A program made the position numbers and the translations under genes. A stretch of 32,000 nt of DNA, from positions 89,708 to 121,707 of the forward strand of contig NZ_CP039886.1 in assembly GCF_005221285.1 (NCBI RefSeq), written 5' to 3'. The notes beneath the pieces were generated by a model. It did not search any database and was not told where the DNA came from. It worked only from the letters and a program-made list of their open reading frames with translations. How positions within the stretch are numbered: the first letter of the stretch is position 1; each line of letters begins with the position of its first letter. Of this stretch, positions 19,404-27,469 are shown piece after piece. The DNA is from Neisseria flavescens. Its GTDB lineage: Bacteria; Pseudomonadota; Gammaproteobacteria; Burkholderiales; Neisseriaceae.

Positions 19404-21258
19404 TGCTCCCCGAAATTCTATTTTTAATTGCCATCGCCCCCTATCTGTTCTGCTGCTGGGCGTTGTCGTTCCTCATGCTCAAGTGATTGCAGACGCAACA
19501 CTACCGCCACCGGCACAACACCAAAATGCGGGCTTTCCGTCTGCCCAAAAACTCGAGCAGATGGGATACAACAGAGAGACAGGCGTTTGGAAAGTACAAA
19601 CAAACCCAACAGGCAAGCCGACCGTAAGCAGCGGCGGCGGTCAAATCATGGGGACGCAGAACCAGCGTGTAACCGTAACGGATGCGTACGGCAATAAAGC
19701 GACCGTGAACACCCAAGTAACGCAGAATGTGGGAGTGGGCAAACTTCAGACGGCAACTAATGGGGTTGCGGTGGGTTTAGGGTTTGCTAATGGTATGAAC
19801 TCGGCAGCACCAAATGTTGAAAAATTAGGTAGCGCCATTGCAAAAGGCGATTATAAAGATGCTGCATGGCAGGGCTTTAGTTCTGTATTTAAATTTGTAG
19901 ACGGTTTTTTTTCAAGTCCAGGGCAATCAACGGCGAATTTAGTAGATAGGTTCGTACAAGGCTACTTTGACGGCAAGTACCAAGTAAACGCCGAAAAAAC
20001 CGATAGGATAGGAAACGCGATTATCGCAAAGAAAGCTGCAGAGAGGGCAAGAACCGCACAAGCCCAAGCCGAACGCGCAGGCGATTTACGCTCAGCAGTA
20101 GCCAACGCCGCAGCAGCCAAAGCCGCAGAAGCAGCAGCAGAAGCAGAACAAAAAGCGCAACAACAAGAACAACAGAGGAAAGAAGAACAGAAAAGAGAAG
20201 AAGAAGCAAAAGCAAAAGGGCTTTATGCTTATGATTTAATTGTTAAGAAGATTTTTCAACCAAATATTTACAAATCTGAATCTTCAGTTACATATAAAGG
20301 TTACAAGGTTTATTCAAATAGTACTAATTATGATGTATTTTCAAGCGGTTTTATAAATAATGGTGGTTTTTACCATAACTATAATCCTAGTAAAGATTAT
20401 TCGTTTTTTACTGGTTTAAAAAATCCGTCTAAAATTAGTTTAGAAATTAATAATCTTCCTAAAGAAAGTTCAATCTATTACGAGATTAGATCATACCCAG
20501 CAGGCAGTCCCGATATTCCTAATGCAGCTAAGAATACTGGTCAAGTAAAACCTGAAGATTTCATGCTGACACAAAAAGAAATGTTAGACATTCTCAAGCG
20601 AATGCTTGAGAACAATCAGACAAACCATGCCGAATTAATGAACCAGCTCGCCAAAATGGGCAACGTCGTACTCGATTCGACCACCTCGACCGAGTTCACA
20701 CCGGCAACGGCTACTACCGCCCCTTATACTCCGTCAGGATCGAACACACCGCAGCAGACCCAAATCACGATAAACAAAGACGGCAGCGTAACAACAAGCG
20801 TTATTCCTCGTTCCGACCTCGTACCGAACAGCCCACAAGCCCCAACGCGAAGCTCGTTGATACCCAAAAACCCCAGTACCCCAACCACGCCGACAAGCCC
20901 GACAAGTCCAACCACACCAACGACACCGACTAGCCCAAACAACCCAAGCACACCTATCACACCCGATAATCCGACCGTGCCAAACAAGCCTAAAGAAGAC
21001 CAACCACCGCAGGAAAATACAGCCTATGAAGACCCCGACATACCCACCCAAACCGTAGATTTAGACTTTAAACCAGCAGATATATTTTCAGTTGACGGCG
21101 TATGCCCCGAACCTAGAAGCGTAGATTTCGGCATGTTCGGACAACATGAATTTTCATATGACCCCCTATGCGATTTTGCCCGAAAAATAAGGCCGATTTT
21201 GATACTTATCACAATCGTATCCTGCTCCTTTTTCGTTTACTCATCACTGAAAGACTAA
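19393..21258 (+). CDS. tspB: TspB-like / pIII-like large phage surface (adsorption) protein
   Basis: The 621-aa product has an N-terminal signal-like segment and an Ala/Glu/Lys/Gln coiled-coil stretch (AAAAKAAEAAAEAEQKAQQQEQQRKEEQKREEEAKAK). It also has an AT-rich central module, a Pro/Thr-rich repeat (PSTPTTPTSPTSPTTPTTPTSPNNPSTPITP) and a C-terminal TM anchor (ILILITIVSCSFFVYSSL). Position and architecture match the TspB ORF of meningococcal Nf/MDA prophages. Confidence 0.7.
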   Translation: MKNNAPRNSIFNCHRPLSVLLLGVVVPHAQVIADATLPPPAQHQNAGFPSAQKLEQMGYNRETGVWKVQTNPTGKPTVSSGGGQIMGTQNQRVTVTDAYGNKATVNTQVTQNVGVGKLQTATNGVAVGLGFANGMNSAAPNVEKLGSAIAKGDYKDAAWQGFSSVFKFVDGFFSSPGQSTANLVDRFVQGYFDGKYQVNAEKTDRIGNAIIAKKAAERARTAQAQAERAGDLRSAVANAAAAKAAEAAAEAEQKAQQQEQQRKEEQKREEEAKAKGLYAYDLIVKKIFQPNIYKSESSVTYKGYKVYSNSTNYDVFSSGFINNGGFYHNYNPSKDYSFFTGLKNPSKISLEINNLPKESSIYYEIRSYPAGSPDIPNAAKNTGQVKPEDFMLTQKEMLDILKRMLENNQTNHAELMNQLAKMGNVVLDSTTSTEFTPATATTAPYTPSGSNTPQQTQITINKDGSVTTSVIPRSDLVPNSPQAPTRSSLIPKNPSTPTTPTSPTSPTTPTTPTSPNNPSTPITPDNPTVPNKPKEDQPPQENTAYEDPDIPTQTVDLDFKPADIFSVDGVCPEPRSVDFGMFGQHEFSYDPLCDFARKIRPILILITIVSCSFFVYSSLKD

Positions 21259-21259
21259 A

Positions 21260-21541
21260 ATGAATATCGGGAACATCATAACCGCCGTACTGATGACCGT
21301 AGCAGGCAGACTAATCGCCGCGTTCGGTCTGTCGTTTGTAACCTATGTCGGCCTGAACGAAGTTCAGAGCCGCATAGTCGCGGCCATTGCCGAAAACCTG
21401 AACAACATCCCAAAAGAAGCCTTGCAGATTGCCTATATCGCAGGCTTGGGCGTAGTGCTTAACTGGATAATCGGCGCATTTGCCTTTGTCATTTCCACAA
21501 AAAGCCTGACTAAACTGGCCGCAGGCATATCCAAAAAATAG
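21260..21541 (+). CDS. Small inovirus membrane protein preceding Zot (pVI/DUF2523-like)
   Basis: The 93-aa product has several hydrophobic helices. It starts 1 nt after the tspB stop and lies immediately upstream of the Zot-like gene, as in many inoviruses. Confidence 0.6.
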   Translation: MNIGNIITAVLMTVAGRLIAAFGLSFVTYVGLNEVQSRIVAAIAENLNNIPKEALQIAYIAGLGVVLNWIIGAFAFVISTKSLTKLAAGISKK

Positions 21542-21553
21542 AGAGAAAAAGCC

Positions 21554-22747
21554 ATGTTATATCTGTTCACAGGCGTACCCGGTTCGGGCAAAACCCTGAA
21601 CGTAGTTTCAATGCTGGCCAAACGTCACGACCTCAAAAACCGACCCTTGTTTGTTGACGGGATTCTAGAACTTAAAATACCACACGAACAAATCCCCGAG
21701 GGCGAAAGCATACAGACTTGGCCGAAGTGGGCGCCGACAGGCGCAATCATCGTTGTTGACGAATGCCAGCGCATCTTTAGGCCGCGCCCGAGTGGCTCGA
21801 AAGTACCCGATTACGTTTCAGAACTAGAAACCCATCGCCATCGAGGCCTAGACTTCTTTTTTATTACCCAACACCCCCGATTAATTGATGTCAACCTAAG
21901 AAGCCTAATTGAGCATCACACCCATGTGAGCAAGACCGAACTGGGCGTAAGGCGCAAACTGGAATGGAGTACGGGTGGCGCTAAAAATCCCGAAAGCAGA
22001 GCAGACGTAAGAGACGCACTCAAAAGCGTGTACAAGCTGGATAAAAGCGTGTACGGCCTATACAAATCAGCCGAAGAACACACCAAAATCAGAACAGGCC
22101 GCAGCAAAGTCTTTTACCTGATTCCTGTCATACTTTTGATGATAATCGGCGGCCTTTGGGGCTTTTATGACTTTTGGGGAGACTTCAAAAAAACCACGCC
22201 GACCCCCACGGCGCAGCAGGAAGTTGCCGCGCCAGCGGCAAGCCCCGAAACGGGCGGCACGGTGGGGGCGCAAGCCCAAAACGGGACGCACGGAACGGGG
22301 CAATATCCCGAAGCGCAGCCAACGCCCGAGCCGCAGCAGCAGCGGCCACACCTGACCGAAGACGATTATAAGCCCGCCATAGACGGCCAACCCCACACCG
22401 CGCCGATATACGACCAATTCAACAAAGCCGTAAAGACTATGCCCTATCCGGTTGCTTGCGTTAAAAACGCAAACCGCTGTACCTGCTACACAGACCAAGG
22501 CACAACGATTAAAGGCTTCAGTAAAACCCAATGTCTTGAGTTCGTAGAGAACGGTATATATAATCCGTACAAGGATAGTAACCGATTAACGACAGAAACC
22601 ACGACACCTAAAGCAGAAGCACCGCAGGGCGGCAAAGTTGCTGTTATGGGCGGCAAGCCGCAGCAAAATCTCATGTACGACAACTGGGAAGAGCGCGGCA
22701 GGGATTTTGAAGGAATCGGCGGCGGCGTGGTAGGAGATGGGACATAA
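21554..22747 (+). CDS. zot: Zot-like phage assembly ATPase (pI family)
   Basis: The product has Walker A LFTGVPGSGKT at the N-terminus, Walker B IIVVDECQ and a central TM segment (VFYLIPVILLMIIGGLWGFY) followed by a periplasmic-type tail. This is the Zot/pI architecture. Confidence 0.88.
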   Translation: MLYLFTGVPGSGKTLNVVSMLAKRHDLKNRPLFVDGILELKIPHEQIPEGESIQTWPKWAPTGAIIVVDECQRIFRPRPSGSKVPDYVSELETHRHRGLDFFFITQHPRLIDVNLRSLIEHHTHVSKTELGVRRKLEWSTGGAKNPESRADVRDALKSVYKLDKSVYGLYKSAEEHTKIRTGRSKVFYLIPVILLMIIGGLWGFYDFWGDFKKTTPTPTAQQEVAAPAASPETGGTVGAQAQNGTHGTGQYPEAQPTPEPQQQRPHLTEDDYKPAIDGQPHTAPIYDQFNKAVKTMPYPVACVKNANRCTCYTDQGTTIKGFSKTQCLEFVENGIYNPYKDSNRLTTETTTPKAEAPQGGKVAVMGGKPQQNLMYDNWEERGRDFEGIGGGVVGDGT

Positions 22748-22905
22748 TGGGAGCAGGCTTTTTACTCGGCATATGGGCAACCCGTTGCTACTATAAAAAA
22801 GGCGGTTGGGCAGGCGTGAAGAAGTATTTTATATTGCCGATTGTCCTGATTGAGTTTGTAGCTGTTTTAGGTATGTACTTTATAGAAACTTTTCACCCAT
22901 CATAA
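22747..22905 (+). CDS. Small hydrophobic phage ORF (52 aa), below the ORF-track size cut-off
   Basis: The ATG overlaps the zot stop (TAATG). The product is MGAGFLLGIWATRCYYKKGGWAGVKKYFILPIVLIEFVAVLGMYFIETFHPS, with two hydrophobic segments. I read it directly from the sequence. Confidence 0.45.
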   Translation: MGAGFLLGIWATRCYYKKGGWAGVKKYFILPIVLIEFVAVLGMYFIETFHPS

Positions 22906-23313
22906 CCGTTCCGCCACAGTAACCTTTACCAAGTCAGGGGGAGGACGTCCAGAAAGATTTGTAAATGCGCGTTTTTTGCATTTATAAATCTTTTTGGATA
23001 CCCCTTGACGCTCTAGCCCACCCAAAAACGCTAGGGCAAAGGGGTGGGGTGGTTTTTTTACCCCACCCCCTGCCACGTGGCGAACGCGGGGCGCAGGGGC
23101 AGAGCCCCGCAAAACCCAAGAGACCCACCCCCCTATTGTTTTAAAAATAGAACAATAAGGGGTTTGGCCTCATGACCCAAACCGCCGCCCGCGACTTCCC
23201 AAGTACGGCAAGGCCGCAAAGGCCGTAAAAAAGACTGAAGCGCGGGCGATTCCCTACCCAAGTTTGTACACTATCTAGGGCAATAATAGCCCGTATTCAT
23301 AAGGCAAAAAATC

Positions 23314-24270
23314 ATGAATCTAGGGATAGACGTTTCAAAGAACACGTTAGATTGCTGTCTGATTTCAGACGGCATTTTTTTTGAACGGCAGTTTAAAAAC
23401 AACAGAACAGGATTTGATCAACTTAAATCATGGTTGAAAAAGAGCGGAGCAACCAGTGCCTTACATTGCTGCTGCGAAGCAACAGGCAAATATTACGAAG
23501 CTGCAGCCGACTACTTGGCCGAAAGCTACGTTATGAGCGTGGAGAACCCACGCAAGATAAAAGGCTACGGCAACGCCAAGCTGCAACGGTCAAAAACCGA
23601 CCGACTGGACGCAAGGCTAATTGCCCAATACTGCCGTGATATGAAGCCGCGAGTGTGGCAAAAGCCAAGCGAAGCACAAACCAAACTCAAAGAACTTAAC
23701 CAATACTGCCAGCGGTTGAAAGCCCAAAAAGCCGCCGAACAAACAAAACTACACACCGCGCCCGACTACCTCGCCTCCCTCATCGAAGACACAATTAGAC
23801 ATCTGCAAAAGCAGATTAAGGCCGTTCAGGAAAAAATCGGCAAATTCCACCAAGACAATCCCGATTACAAGGCAAACAGAAACCGCCTTAAGACCATCAC
23901 AGGAGTAGGAGACAACACCGCCGACACTCTGCTAACCGTATTGGCCGAACAAGACCGATTTGAAAACCAGCGGCAATTTACCGCCTATCTCGGACTAGAC
24001 CCCAAACAATTTAAATCAGGCACGAGTGTCAAAGGCCGAGAGCGTATATCAAAAGTCGGTAGCAGCCGACTACGAACTGCCCTGTATATGCCAGCAATGC
24101 ACGCTTACCGAAGCCGAACCTTTGCCCCTTTTGTGAGCCGATTGAAAGCCAACGGAAAAAGGCCGAAGCAAATCATAGTCGCCCTGATGCGCAAACTTGC
24201 CATTATCGCTTACAACCTGATAAAGACTGGCAAAGACTTTGAGCCGCAAAGGTATATGAACAAGAATTAA
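23314..24270 (+). CDS. IS110-family DEDD recombinase/transposase (Piv/Irg-like)
   Basis: The 318-aa product starts with the DEDD_Tnp_IS110 signature MNLGIDVSKNTLDCCL. It also has EATGKYYE, and the C-terminal Transposase_20-type block LKTITGVGDNTADTLLTVL...FTAYLGLDPKQFKSGTS. It occupies the terminal position, like the pivNM/irg gene of Nf prophages. Confidence 0.9.
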   Translation: MNLGIDVSKNTLDCCLISDGIFFERQFKNNRTGFDQLKSWLKKSGATSALHCCCEATGKYYEAAADYLAESYVMSVENPRKIKGYGNAKLQRSKTDRLDARLIAQYCRDMKPRVWQKPSEAQTKLKELNQYCQRLKAQKAAEQTKLHTAPDYLASLIEDTIRHLQKQIKAVQEKIGKFHQDNPDYKANRNRLKTITGVGDNTADTLLTVLAEQDRFENQRQFTAYLGLDPKQFKSGTSVKGRERISKVGSSRLRTALYMPAMHAYRSRTFAPFVSRLKANGKRPKQIIVALMRKLAIIAYNLIKTGKDFEPQRYMNKN

Positions 24271-24492
24271 TAACCAAGCCAAAAAGAAAAACCTGCCGAA
24301 AAATCAGCAGGTTTGTTTTATTGCGTCAAAACAAAATGTAAAGATAGTGTAAAAGACGTGGACATATCACTACACTATCTTTTTTATGGTCTGATTCTCA
24401 TGATTTAGGCATAGGAAAATCCGTTTAGTAGGATCATGTAACCGATTATCAGATTTTCATACACTAAAATAATCATCTGAATTAGTATAACG

Positions 24493-24524
24493 TCTTAAAG
24501 TAAGGAATTGGTATCTTAAAGTAA
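24493..24524 (+). promoter_or_regulatory. Two direct copies of tcttaaagtaa spaced 21 bp apart, upstream of the MarR gene (operator candidate)
   Basis: The 11-mer tcttaaagtaa occurs at 24493-24503 and 24514-24524, about 70-100 nt upstream of the marR-type ATG. The 21-bp phasing equals two helical turns. Confidence 0.3.
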
Positions 24525-24590
24525 ATTGTTATATCATATTTTATTTTGATTGATATCGAATAAAATAACTCACTCAGAAAGAAGGAATTT

Positions 24591-25085
24591 ATGAGTTTTT
24601 CACAAACCGAATTAGTCAACGCAATGAGTTTGCTTTCTACCCGTCTGCCGCAGTTTCCGGAGCAGCAAAACCAAGTATCCCGCATGTTGCGCATCGTAAC
24701 CGAACGTTTGAGCAGCCATTTGAACGAAAACCTAAAAGCGTTCGGCATCAATGAAAACCTGTGGTTTTCCCTGATGGCGGTTTACGTCAGCCCAAACAGC
24801 GAAATCCTACCTTCGCGCTTGAGCGACCTGATGGACTTGACGCGCACCAGTGCGACACGCCTGTCGGACGATATGGTTGAGCGCGGCTGGGTGGAGCGTT
24901 ATATCAATCAAAAAGACCGCCGTCAGATTGTGCTAAAATTGACCCCTTCGGGTGAGACCTTCATCCACGAAGTATGGCCGCAAATTGCCCGTCAGAGCGG
25001 CCAGGCGTGGGAAGATTTCACGAAAGAGGATTATGATACGCTGCAACACCTGTTGGGTAAACTGTTGAACCGTTTGGGCAATTGA
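24591..25085 (+). CDS. MarR-family transcriptional regulator
   Basis: The 164-aa product has the winged-helix block LPSRLSDLMDLTRTSATRLSDDMVERGWVERYINQKDRRQIVLKLTPSGE. Confidence 0.9.
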   Translation: MSFSQTELVNAMSLLSTRLPQFPEQQNQVSRMLRIVTERLSSHLNENLKAFGINENLWFSLMAVYVSPNSEILPSRLSDLMDLTRTSATRLSDDMVERGWVERYINQKDRRQIVLKLTPSGETFIHEVWPQIARQSGQAWEDFTKEDYDTLQHLLGKLLNRLGN

Positions 25086-25133
25086 CAACAGACGGCCTAT
25101 GGTCTGCGGCAGGCACACATAAACGGAGTCTGT

Positions 25134-26540
25134 ATGAAATTAGGTTTGGTCAAATCAAGCGTATGCGTTGCCGCTGTTTCGCTGTTGGCGGCATGTGCGC
25201 CGTTCGGCAAACAGTCGCCTTTGGATGAGCCAACAGCCTATCCGCTGCCGCAAGGCCAATCTGCCGCTACTGCCCAAGACGGCTGGTGGATGAAGCTGAA
25301 AGATAAAAAATTAAACAATTTGATTGCTTCCGCCATTCAGACGTCTACCAATCTGCGTGTCGTCAAGGCAAGGTTTGAGCAGGCTCAGGCGCAGCTGGGC
25401 GTTGTAGGAGCCGCAAACAAACCGCAAGTCGGCTTGGGTGTAACCGGTATTGGTACCTATGTTTCGCCCAAACCTCAAGCCGGTATGGTCGATACCGATC
25501 ATACATTGGTTTTGGCGCACGCAGCTTTACAAGGCAGTTTGGTTTTCGACTTTTGGGGTAAAAACCGAGAGCAGATTCAAGCTGTTTTAGGAAAAAGCAG
25601 GGCTGCGGTGTATGAGGCGCATCATATCCGCACCGAGTTGGCTCATGCCGTTGCCGCCCAATATTTTGCGTGGCAGATGGCGACAGAACAACTGGCTTTG
25701 CTGGATACGCGCATAGAGCTGGCGGATAAGGCATTGAAACTGATGCAACAACGCGTTAAAGCGCAGCTGGCTCCTGCCGATGCCTTGCACACTCTGGAAA
25801 TGGCGCAACAACAATTACAGCTTGAAAAATCGGCATGGACTCAGAAAAATGAGAAAATCCGCAACAGTCTGGCTGTATTGACCGGTCGTGTACCGGGTGC
25901 ATTGAATGGACAGGTTCCGGAAAAAATGGCGGCTGTGCCGTCATTGCCGGTTAGTCGCATCGAAGCGGATTTGCTGGCGGCACGCCCCGATATCGCGGCA
26001 CAAAAAGCTTTGCTTGAAGAGAAATGGCATATCGTTAAATCGACCGAAGCAGAGTTTTATCCGAATATCGAGTTGAAAGTTTTGGCAGGTATGACGCACA
26101 TTGATGCGTTCAATCTGATTCGCGGACGGACATCCGGTATGCTGGGCATTGTTCCGGCTTTGAATCTGCCATTGTTTACTTCCGGTGCGCTGCAGTCCAA
26201 ATTGGCGGGCAAACGTGCCCAATATAACGAGCAGGTTGCCGTGTATGACCAAACCGTTTTGAACGCCATGCGTTCGGCGGCAGATGCTGTAGTCGACTAT
26301 CAAAGCCTGAAAAGCCGACAAGATACTTGGAACAAGATGGTCAATATTGCCGATAAATCTGTACAAAATGCGAAAGGACGTGTTCGTGCAGGTTTGGATA
26401 ACGGCTTGACCGCTTTGCAAAAACAAGATGAAGCTGCGCGTACAAAAATGTCGGCGGTTCAATATCATGCAGAATATCTGACAGCTTGGAGTAACCTCAA
26501 TGCCCAGTTGGGCGGAGGCTTTAAATTAAATAAGAAATAA
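25134..26540 (+). CDS. Outer-membrane factor lipoprotein (NodT/OprM-type efflux channel)
   Basis: The 468-aa product has a lipoprotein signal with lipobox LLAAC. The block WWMKLKDKKLNNLIASAIQTSTNLRVVKARFEQAQAQLG is typical of OMF N-termini, and two repeat halves are visible. Confidence 0.88.
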   Translation: MKLGLVKSSVCVAAVSLLAACAPFGKQSPLDEPTAYPLPQGQSAATAQDGWWMKLKDKKLNNLIASAIQTSTNLRVVKARFEQAQAQLGVVGAANKPQVGLGVTGIGTYVSPKPQAGMVDTDHTLVLAHAALQGSLVFDFWGKNREQIQAVLGKSRAAVYEAHHIRTELAHAVAAQYFAWQMATEQLALLDTRIELADKALKLMQQRVKAQLAPADALHTLEMAQQQLQLEKSAWTQKNEKIRNSLAVLTGRVPGALNGQVPEKMAAVPSLPVSRIEADLLAARPDIAAQKALLEEKWHIVKSTEAEFYPNIELKVLAGMTHIDAFNLIRGRTSGMLGIVPALNLPLFTSGALQSKLAGKRAQYNEQVAVYDQTVLNAMRSAADAVVDYQSLKSRQDTWNKMVNIADKSVQNAKGRVRAGLDNGLTALQKQDEAARTKMSAVQYHAEYLTAWSNLNAQLGGGFKLNKK

Positions 26541-26609
26541 ACGTTTTATTAAAAAGCAAATATCCTGCCTTTGTTTTACAGACAAAATGCCGTCTGAAGG
26601 GAGTTGATT

Positions 26610-26834
26610 ATGGCAACAATAATGGAAAAAGATGTATTGATTGAAGTTGTAGCTTCAGGTTTGGCTTTAATTAGCCGCAAATTAAAATACAATCTAGAGT
26701 ATTTGAATAATAATGAAGACAATAATAGGTTGATTGAAATAAGAGATTACTTATATTCAACATTCTCGGATGAGATTGATTATGAAAAAATCTTAAGTGA
26801 ATGCAAGGCTATCAAACAAAAATATCAAAGGTAA
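26610..26834 (+). CDS. Hypothetical small acidic cytoplasmic protein (74 aa)
   Basis: AAGGGAG lies 5 nt upstream of the ATG at 26610, and a DUS lies just upstream (26589-26598). The gene is visibly AT-rich relative to its neighbours. I recognise no motif. Confidence 0.55.
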   Translation: MATIMEKDVLIEVVASGLALISRKLKYNLEYLNNNEDNNRLIEIRDYLYSTFSDEIDYEKILSECKAIKQKYQR

Positions 26835-26837
26835 ATC

Positions 26838-27137
26838 ATGGACTGGTTACATACTATTTTCCTTTGCTTTGTTTGGATTGTTGCCGTTGTTGCGGCGGGC
26901 GTTACTCTTTATGTCGTGGTTGCGTTGCCCATTGCGTTGATAACCGCCGTTGTTGGCATTGTTTACGGTTTTTTCAGGTTGTTTTTACCATTCCTTCCCG
27001 AATTTTGGGCGAGCATAGACACAACAGGAAATAAAAGCGGCTTTGATTGGGGAGAGCGGACAGAAGCCGACAAGCACCGCGAGTTAGTGGAGCATATCCG
27101 CATTCAGAACATGAACGAAGAACGAAACAGAAGATAG
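26838..27137 (+). CDS. Hypothetical small membrane protein (99 aa; two adjacent TM helices and a highly charged C-terminal tail)
   Basis: It starts 3 nt after the previous stop. The TM segments are HTIFLCFVWIVAVVAAGVTLYVVV and ALPIALITAVVGIVYGFFRLFLPFL. The tail is GERTEADKHRELVEHIRIQNMNEERNRR. Confidence 0.55.
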   Translation: MDWLHTIFLCFVWIVAVVAAGVTLYVVVALPIALITAVVGIVYGFFRLFLPFLPEFWASIDTTGNKSGFDWGERTEADKHRELVEHIRIQNMNEERNRR

Positions 27138-27274
27138 CAAATGCTATAATGAAAAATTGCCGCTCTCGGGCGGTAATAATGTAGTAACTAACACCCGGCC
27201 ACAATCAAAAGTGGTAGAAAAAATACAATTAGCTGCTATCGGTACGCTGAATGCTAACCGCTTATTGGAAAAAA

Positions 27275-27380
27275 TATAGTGGATTAAATTTAAATCAGGA
27301 CAAGGCGACGAAGCCGCAGACAGTACAAATAGTACGGCAAGGCGAGGCAACGCCGTACTGGTTTAAATTTAATCCACTAT
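27275..27380. mobile_element. Correia repeat-enclosed element (short ~106-bp form)
   Basis: The sequence tatagtggattaaatttaaatcaggacaaggcgacgaagccgcagacagtacaaatagtacggcaaggcgaggcaacgccgtactggtttaaatttaatccactat matches the Correia consensus end to end, including the terminal inverted repeats tatagtggattaaattt / aaatttaatccactat. Confidence 0.93.
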
Positions 27381-27469
27381 GGTTTTATCGTAAAATGAAA
27401 TCGTCCGCAATAGAGCGCTTGCAGGTTTTTCGTACTGCAACAAAAGCCTCGAACTTCATCGTTTAATGT

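Larger units (their letters stand above)
17250..24395 (+). mobile_element. Filamentous (inovirus) prophage of the Neisseria Nf/MDA type, including its terminal IS110-family recombinase; ends approximate
   Basis: All genes are on one strand and tightly packed or overlapping, in canonical inovirus order: small ORF, HUH Rep, ssDNA-binding candidate, pVIII-like coat, small membrane ORF, large TspB/pIII-like protein, pVI-like protein, Zot/pI ATPase, small ORF, non-coding hairpin region, IS110 recombinase. I saw only two DUS copies in about 7 kb, against roughly one per kb in the flanks. Confidence 0.85.

Noticed and set aside
22900-23112. A 70-aa ORF on the - strand in the phage non-coding region.
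   Set aside because: It is composed of the GC-rich hairpin arms (a Pro/Gly/Ala-rich translation) and runs opposite to every other phage gene. The structured DNA or RNA explains the region better.
27251-27466. A 71-aa ORF on the + strand.
   Set aside because: It reads across the whole Correia element, an artefact of the repeat.
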